Of a stretch of DNA of 26,540 bases, positions 22,442 to 26,540 are shown piece by piece. Source of the DNA: a virus. Below the pieces are notes generated by a model, which saw only the letters and a program-made list of their open reading frames with translations, ran no database searches and was not told the DNA's origin. Position numbers and translations under genes: made by a program. The stretch's first letter is position 1, and each line of letters starts with the position of its first letter. The stretch is from IMG/VR virus record IMGVR_UViG_3300025584_000018; one strand, given 5' to 3'.

Positions 22442-25400
22442 TATATAAATTCTCTCCAAAAATCCTTTTTAAATAATGATATAACTTTATAATTAATCTG
22501 ATTTTGAGTAACTGCACAAGACATCATTAAACTTCTAAACTCTTCTGAATCAAAAGCCTTCTTAATAAGTGGTAAATTTTCTGGTGTATCGACAATAGCA
22601 TATGAATATTGTGTTAATCCATATTTACCAGTATCGTCTACATAACTACCAATTGAAGTAATTCGCCCATTACTCCAAATGAGTTTTGGGATTCCAAAAT
22701 GTCCCTTTTTAATACTCGAATACCAAGGTCTATTCTCTCCATTACCATTTGTAAGAATACCTTCATTGTTTATCGTATAACTACAAGGATATTCAGATAC
22801 ATTTTCTCGCGACATATGGGGTTTATCTGTTCCGTACATAGAACGATCATATGAGACTTCAACCCGTTCTTCATTTCCACTTGCTAACTGAGAATTATAT
22901 TTTTCATAATCATAATTTGGTAAAAATTCTAAGTTAGTAGTATAAATATGAGCAACACTACCATCTTGAAATTTAATTTCTGTTTTAAGATTTTTGGTTT
23001 TACTATTTTTCCATAATGCCCAATCAAATCGTGTCTCTTTTCCAAAGGTATCAAGTCCACCACTTTCATCATACATTTCAAGATATAGTAAATCCATCTC
23101 CTTAAATATCTTTCGTTGAATATCTTTCTGATTTCCATCTACATTTCTCCAACCAGAGGGTGCTATTCTTAAAACATATTTAGTATTTATTTTATTTTTA
23201 TCTAAAACTAACCTATCAAATTTATCCCATATTTTGTTGTTTTTATTTCCAAATGGCCAGTTACCAAGTGTTACATCAAATCCTTTCATAAGAATCTCCT
23301 TAAATTTTTGAGATGGATTAAATACATCTTCATTAAAAATATTTTCTTCTGGAATACCCAACTTGTATTCTTTATTGATTTTTTTAAAAAATTCTACCCA
23401 TGTAGGATCTATATCATTATAATAAATATTCTTTGGAAGTATGTTAAAATTATATTTTTTAGCTAAAATTAAAATTGCAATTAAAAATGATCCACGCCCG
23501 GCACATATATCACCGAATGTTGTATTCTCAAAATCAACTCCATCATCCACCATTACATTTAATAACTTTTCAATAATAGTTTTGACAAAATTAATTGGTT
23601 CTGCAACAAAATTTGTTCTAGAATCTGCTACCCGAATGTAACAAAAAGATTCTAATAAATCTTCTACTAAACCCGTTTCCAATATATCAAGAAAGTGTGT
23701 TCTAACTTTTGCTAAACTTCTATTTACAGAAAAAGAACTTACACAATCTTTATCTATCGCGTCTTGTATTTCTGAAAAGGATAATGATGTACCACATACT
23801 TCTTCTAATGTCTTATCTATACCATTAAAAGATATTGTAGGATTTTTTAGTATACTATCTAATGTATATAAATCAGTATGTATTACTGCATATGATAATT
23901 TTCCTATACTTTCCGACAAACTTTTTCTATACTCATTATTCCATTTACTTATTTCATTCTTATTTAATTTTTTCTTACGTACAATTTTATTTTTTCCTTG
24001 AGATGCTATTGTATTAGAAAGTTTTTGACTAGCACTTCTCGACACTTTTCCGGCGTTTATTACTCCTACTAAATCTATAGGACATTCTGCGTTAGGATTT
24101 ATATGTCGGTAACTAAATAATCCTCTGGTACCAATAGGATCATTATCATTAATATGTTTTACTATGTCTGGTACTTCAGCCTTTTCCCACCTTTCACTTC
24201 CCTCTAACCAATAAGTTGCAACTTTTGATACTTTCTGTGCTGTTTCTATAGTAGTACCTGGATTATCAGATATTGCTTCAATTGGATCTATTGTAATAGC
24301 AAATGCGGTATTAGGATTATCAAAAAATATATAAACATCTGTCTTACCCAATAATTTTCTAACAAATCTACCACATCCTTGATTAGCTCTAACTACACTA
24401 TTTATGTTAAGACTAAACCATCCCCAGTTAATATGTTTATTGTTTTTACCAGTCATATCTTTATCGTGTGTAATATACACACAATCTTCATCGGTATTAT
24501 TACAAAAGTTCAAAAAATCATCATATGCAGTTCTGGATTCATGTGCTGAAAAAACTTTAATACCGACTTCTTCTTTGATAATTTTCTTGAGATGAAAACC
24601 TTTTTCTTTAATGTTACCTGACTCTATACATACAATACCTACCTTCCTTGAATACTTTGCAAGTCCACTGCCTGTTCCCCAAAAACACCTTGAACTACCA
24701 GCGTAAACACCAACCCCAAAACGAATTTTAATCAATTCTCTGACTGCTGTTTCGTGAGTAAACAACTTATTTACTGTATCCCAACTCCATTGTTTCTTTA
24801 ATGTATGTAATTCATCATCTTCTAAGTTTAAGATTCTAGCAACTTCTAATTGTGCACCTTCGAAATCATTTATCATAATATTTCTCCAAGGAACATCTAT
24901 AAAATCAGGATCACCTTCTTTTTTAGCTATATAAACATCATTCATCAAAAACAAATGTCTATTTTCTTCTGTAAATTCAGAATACTCTAATACAAATTGT
25001 TCAGGAGTACCAGTCATATAAACTGCCAATCCCCATGTAAGATATTTCTCTACATTCGTAGCAAACTTACTAAATTCACCTTGATTAGTATGAACTTCAT
25101 CCTTACCATACACACCATACTTAAACTGTTCAAGAATATCCTTATACTTTTCACCTTCTTCACCTCTGGCATCTTGAACACCCAATGAAATAACATGATT
25201 GTTATCTGGTAAATTATGTATATCTTTAATCTGACTAAATGGTCTTACCCGTTCTTTCAACAAATACACCAAATCTTTATAGTGTTTATCTGGAACCCAC
25301 ACAATAATATTTTGAAAAGGTTTCCCATCTCTTACATCTCTACACAAATCTTTTCTGGTATCTGGCATTGAAGTAACACACAAATGTACATTGTGTTTTG

Positions 25401-26220
25401 TAAGTTTCATCCACAACTGACACCCAAACAGAAAGTCTGCTGTTTTTCCCACTCCTGTTGCAACTCCATACAAATATTTCGCCATTGGAAATATTACTGG
25501 TCTAGTAACTTTTATAATTTTTCTAATATGTTTGAGTAAAAACTTTGTAGTTTTCTCTCTTGGTTCAAAAATTCTTGGATTCGATATCCCAAATAAATAT
25601 TCGTTTACCAATTCAAAAGCATCTTTTATAGTCTTTCCTGGAGGTAACTTATGAACTTCTGTACCCTGTGGGCGATTAATAGAATACCCACCAGTAGTTA
25701 ATACTTTTCTGAGAATAGTATTTTCTACGGTTGTTTGAATACTTTTATGTAATTCTTGTGAACTTCTCTTTTTGCCTTTATTATTAATTTTATTTTTCTC
25801 AAATAAAATATAATTATCTTCAACCCAATCTGTTACTTCAATTGGCCACAATGTAATATTTTGCCAGTCAAAAGTTTTCTTATTTCCTTGTTTAAGTCGC
25901 CTTCTGCAAATTTGGTCGTCTGTTAAATTCTTGTTATTTTTTAAATCAAGTTTGTATTCACCCGCAGACTCAAAAACAAAATGTCCGTCTTGATTTTCCC
26001 AAAAGAACACAAATTTTCTTTGTACTCTTTTCGATACTGATGGTATATTATATTTCGTCATAACTTTTTTCATAGTCTTTTTAATTTTCTTCTCTCGGTA
26101 TTTTCTTACCTGACTACTTTTAAATAATTGAGATTCTATGGCCTTTATTTTAACAGGATCCATTTTATCAGGATATTCTGCAAAACTTTCAATTGTAAGT
26201 TCTTTTATTAATTCATTCAT
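22441..26220 (-). CDS. SF2 helicase/ATPase - N6-methyltransferase fusion (Type ISP/IIG-like), possible N-terminal GIY-YIG/T5orf172-like domain (1259 aa)
   Basis: TGVGKT, DEVH, MTGTP, QGCGRFVR helicase motifs; DICAGRGSFL SAM motif; GNWPF at the NPPY/F position; LRIAPSGW and FGKETRFDW typical of the region after motif IV in gamma-class MTases. Confidence 0.8.
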   Translation of the reverse strand: MNELIKELTIESFAEYPDKMDPVKIKAIESQLFKSSQVRKYREKKIKKTMKKVMTKYNIPSVSKRVQRKFVFFWENQDGHFVFESAGEYKLDLKNNKNLTDDQICRRRLKQGNKKTFDWQNITLWPIEVTDWVEDNYILFEKNKINNKGKKRSSQELHKSIQTTVENTILRKVLTTGGYSINRPQGTEVHKLPPGKTIKDAFELVNEYLFGISNPRIFEPREKTTKFLLKHIRKIIKVTRPVIFPMAKYLYGVATGVGKTADFLFGCQLWMKLTKHNVHLCVTSMPDTRKDLCRDVRDGKPFQNIIVWVPDKHYKDLVYLLKERVRPFSQIKDIHNLPDNNHVISLGVQDARGEEGEKYKDILEQFKYGVYGKDEVHTNQGEFSKFATNVEKYLTWGLAVYMTGTPEQFVLEYSEFTEENRHLFLMNDVYIAKKEGDPDFIDVPWRNIMINDFEGAQLEVARILNLEDDELHTLKKQWSWDTVNKLFTHETAVRELIKIRFGVGVYAGSSRCFWGTGSGLAKYSRKVGIVCIESGNIKEKGFHLKKIIKEEVGIKVFSAHESRTAYDDFLNFCNNTDEDCVYITHDKDMTGKNNKHINWGWFSLNINSVVRANQGCGRFVRKLLGKTDVYIFFDNPNTAFAITIDPIEAISDNPGTTIETAQKVSKVATYWLEGSERWEKAEVPDIVKHINDNDPIGTRGLFSYRHINPNAECPIDLVGVINAGKVSRSASQKLSNTIASQGKNKIVRKKKLNKNEISKWNNEYRKSLSESIGKLSYAVIHTDLYTLDSILKNPTISFNGIDKTLEEVCGTSLSFSEIQDAIDKDCVSSFSVNRSLAKVRTHFLDILETGLVEDLLESFCYIRVADSRTNFVAEPINFVKTIIEKLLNVMVDDGVDFENTTFGDICAGRGSFLIAILILAKKYNFNILPKNIYYNDIDPTWVEFFKKINKEYKLGIPEENIFNEDVFNPSQKFKEILMKGFDVTLGNWPFGNKNNKIWDKFDRLVLDKNKINTKYVLRIAPSGWRNVDGNQKDIQRKIFKEMDLLYLEMYDESGGLDTFGKETRFDWALWKNSKTKNLKTEIKFQDGSVAHIYTTNLEFLPNYDYEKYNSQLASGNEERVEVSYDRSMYGTDKPHMSRENVSEYPCSYTINNEGILTNGNGENRPWYSSIKKGHFGIPKLIWSNGRITSIGSYVDDTGKYGLTQYSYAIVDTPENLPLIKKAFDSEEFRSLMMSCAVTQNQINYKVISLFKKDFWREFI

Positions 26221-26223
26221 AAC

Positions 26224-26287
26224 TTTTTATTCCTCATTTGTTGCCTTAATATACTACGAAAAATCGTAAAAGTCAAGCTTTATTTTT
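26224..26287 (-). repeat. 64-bp promoter/RBS cassette, copy 2
   Basis: Identical to 11952-12015; promoter at 26276-26248 directly precedes the 1259-aa gene. Confidence 0.97.
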
Positions 26288-26449
26288 TATTTTTAAATTA
26301 TCCTTTGGAACAAACCATATTCGACCCATAGTATCTTTTACGCGAAGATGGCCTTTCAAAGTAGAATTACCATCTTCTTTAACTAACTCATTCTTATATA
26401 GAATACCGTTAGAAGTTGGGTAATCTTTTATAACCTTATACTTATTCAT
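26273..26449 (-). CDS. Small beta-rich hypothetical protein (58 aa, not in ORF track)
   Basis: GGAGGA RBS; MNKYKVIKDYPTSNGILYKNELVKEDGNSTLKGHLRVKDTMGRIWFVPKDNLKIKNKA; SH3-like spacing. Confidence 0.75.
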   Translation of the reverse strand: MNKYKVIKDYPTSNGILYKNELVKEDGNSTLKGHLRVKDTMGRIWFVPKDNLKIKNKA

Positions 26450-26454
26450 TTATA

Positions 26455-26540
26455 TTATCCTCCCGAGATTATAAAATACATATATAATCCGGCAACTATT
26501 AAAGCTAATCCACACTTTATAATAATCCATTTTGTTTCTG
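26455..26540 (-). CDS. 3' end of a small membrane protein (truncated by window end)
   Basis: ...ETKWIIIKCGLALIVAGLYMYFIISGG-stop. Confidence 0.55.
   Translation of the reverse strand, partial: ETKWIIIKCGLALIVAGLYMYFIISGG

Larger units (their letters stand above)
1..26540 (-). other. Segment of a large (jumbo/mega) dsDNA phage genome
   Basis: Single-strand, very dense gene packing; mostly short hypothetical ORFs; free-standing endonuclease; orphan MTase array; host-like auxiliary genes (def, groES/groEL, hsp20) without bacterial housekeeping context; repeated promoter motifs. Confidence 0.88.

Noticed and set aside
9154-22459. Longer N-termini given by the track for 10119, 10312, 13373, 14252, 16759, 21842 and 22459
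   Set aside because: In each case a downstream ATG has the local SD consensus or a TAATG/ATGA overlap and matches paralog or family starts
2169-25188. All plus-strand ORFs in the track and the nested minus ORF 22929..23138
   Set aside because: They lie within or opposite well-supported minus-strand genes, lack RBSs and show the low-complexity S/F/I/L composition of antisense shadows
1-26540. Stop-codon reassignment (code 15 or 4) as in some large phages
   Set aside because: Long genes (groEL, 1259-aa fusion, MTases) are uninterrupted in code 11 and genes tile with TAA, TGA and TAG stops

Overview
This window is best read as part of a large AT-rich (jumbo/mega) bacteriophage genome in the standard genetic code. 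Essentially all genes lie on the minus strand, tightly packed with TAATG/ATGA overlaps and AGGAG-type ribosome-binding sites (RBS). From left to right it holds: (1) many small hypothetical genes, a calcineurin-like metallophosphoesterase, and two proteins sharing an identical 16-aa N-terminal leader (MKITKTQLREMIREEI) inside a 121/122-bp direct repeat; (2) a tandem array of four orphan beta-class DNA methyltransferases, all ending in QxRLF and joined by a 28-bp stop/RBS module, one apparently starting at ACG; (3) a free-standing Vsr/EDxHD-like endonuclease with a structured 5' leader, then peptide deformylase; (4) two very acidic small proteins behind a sigma70-like promoter; (5) a proteostasis cluster (Hc1-like protein, J-domain protein, groEL, groES, hsp20) with several intergenic hairpins; (6) a 1259-aa helicase-methyltransferase fusion coupled to a SAM-binding-only half-methyltransferase, driven by a 64-bp promoter/RBS cassette duplicated exactly 14.3 kb away. 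Two candidate promoter classes are visible (TTGACT-N17-TATATT and ATATTTAT). No tRNA, rRNA or CRISPR array was found. Family assignments come from motif recognition by eye, not database searches.
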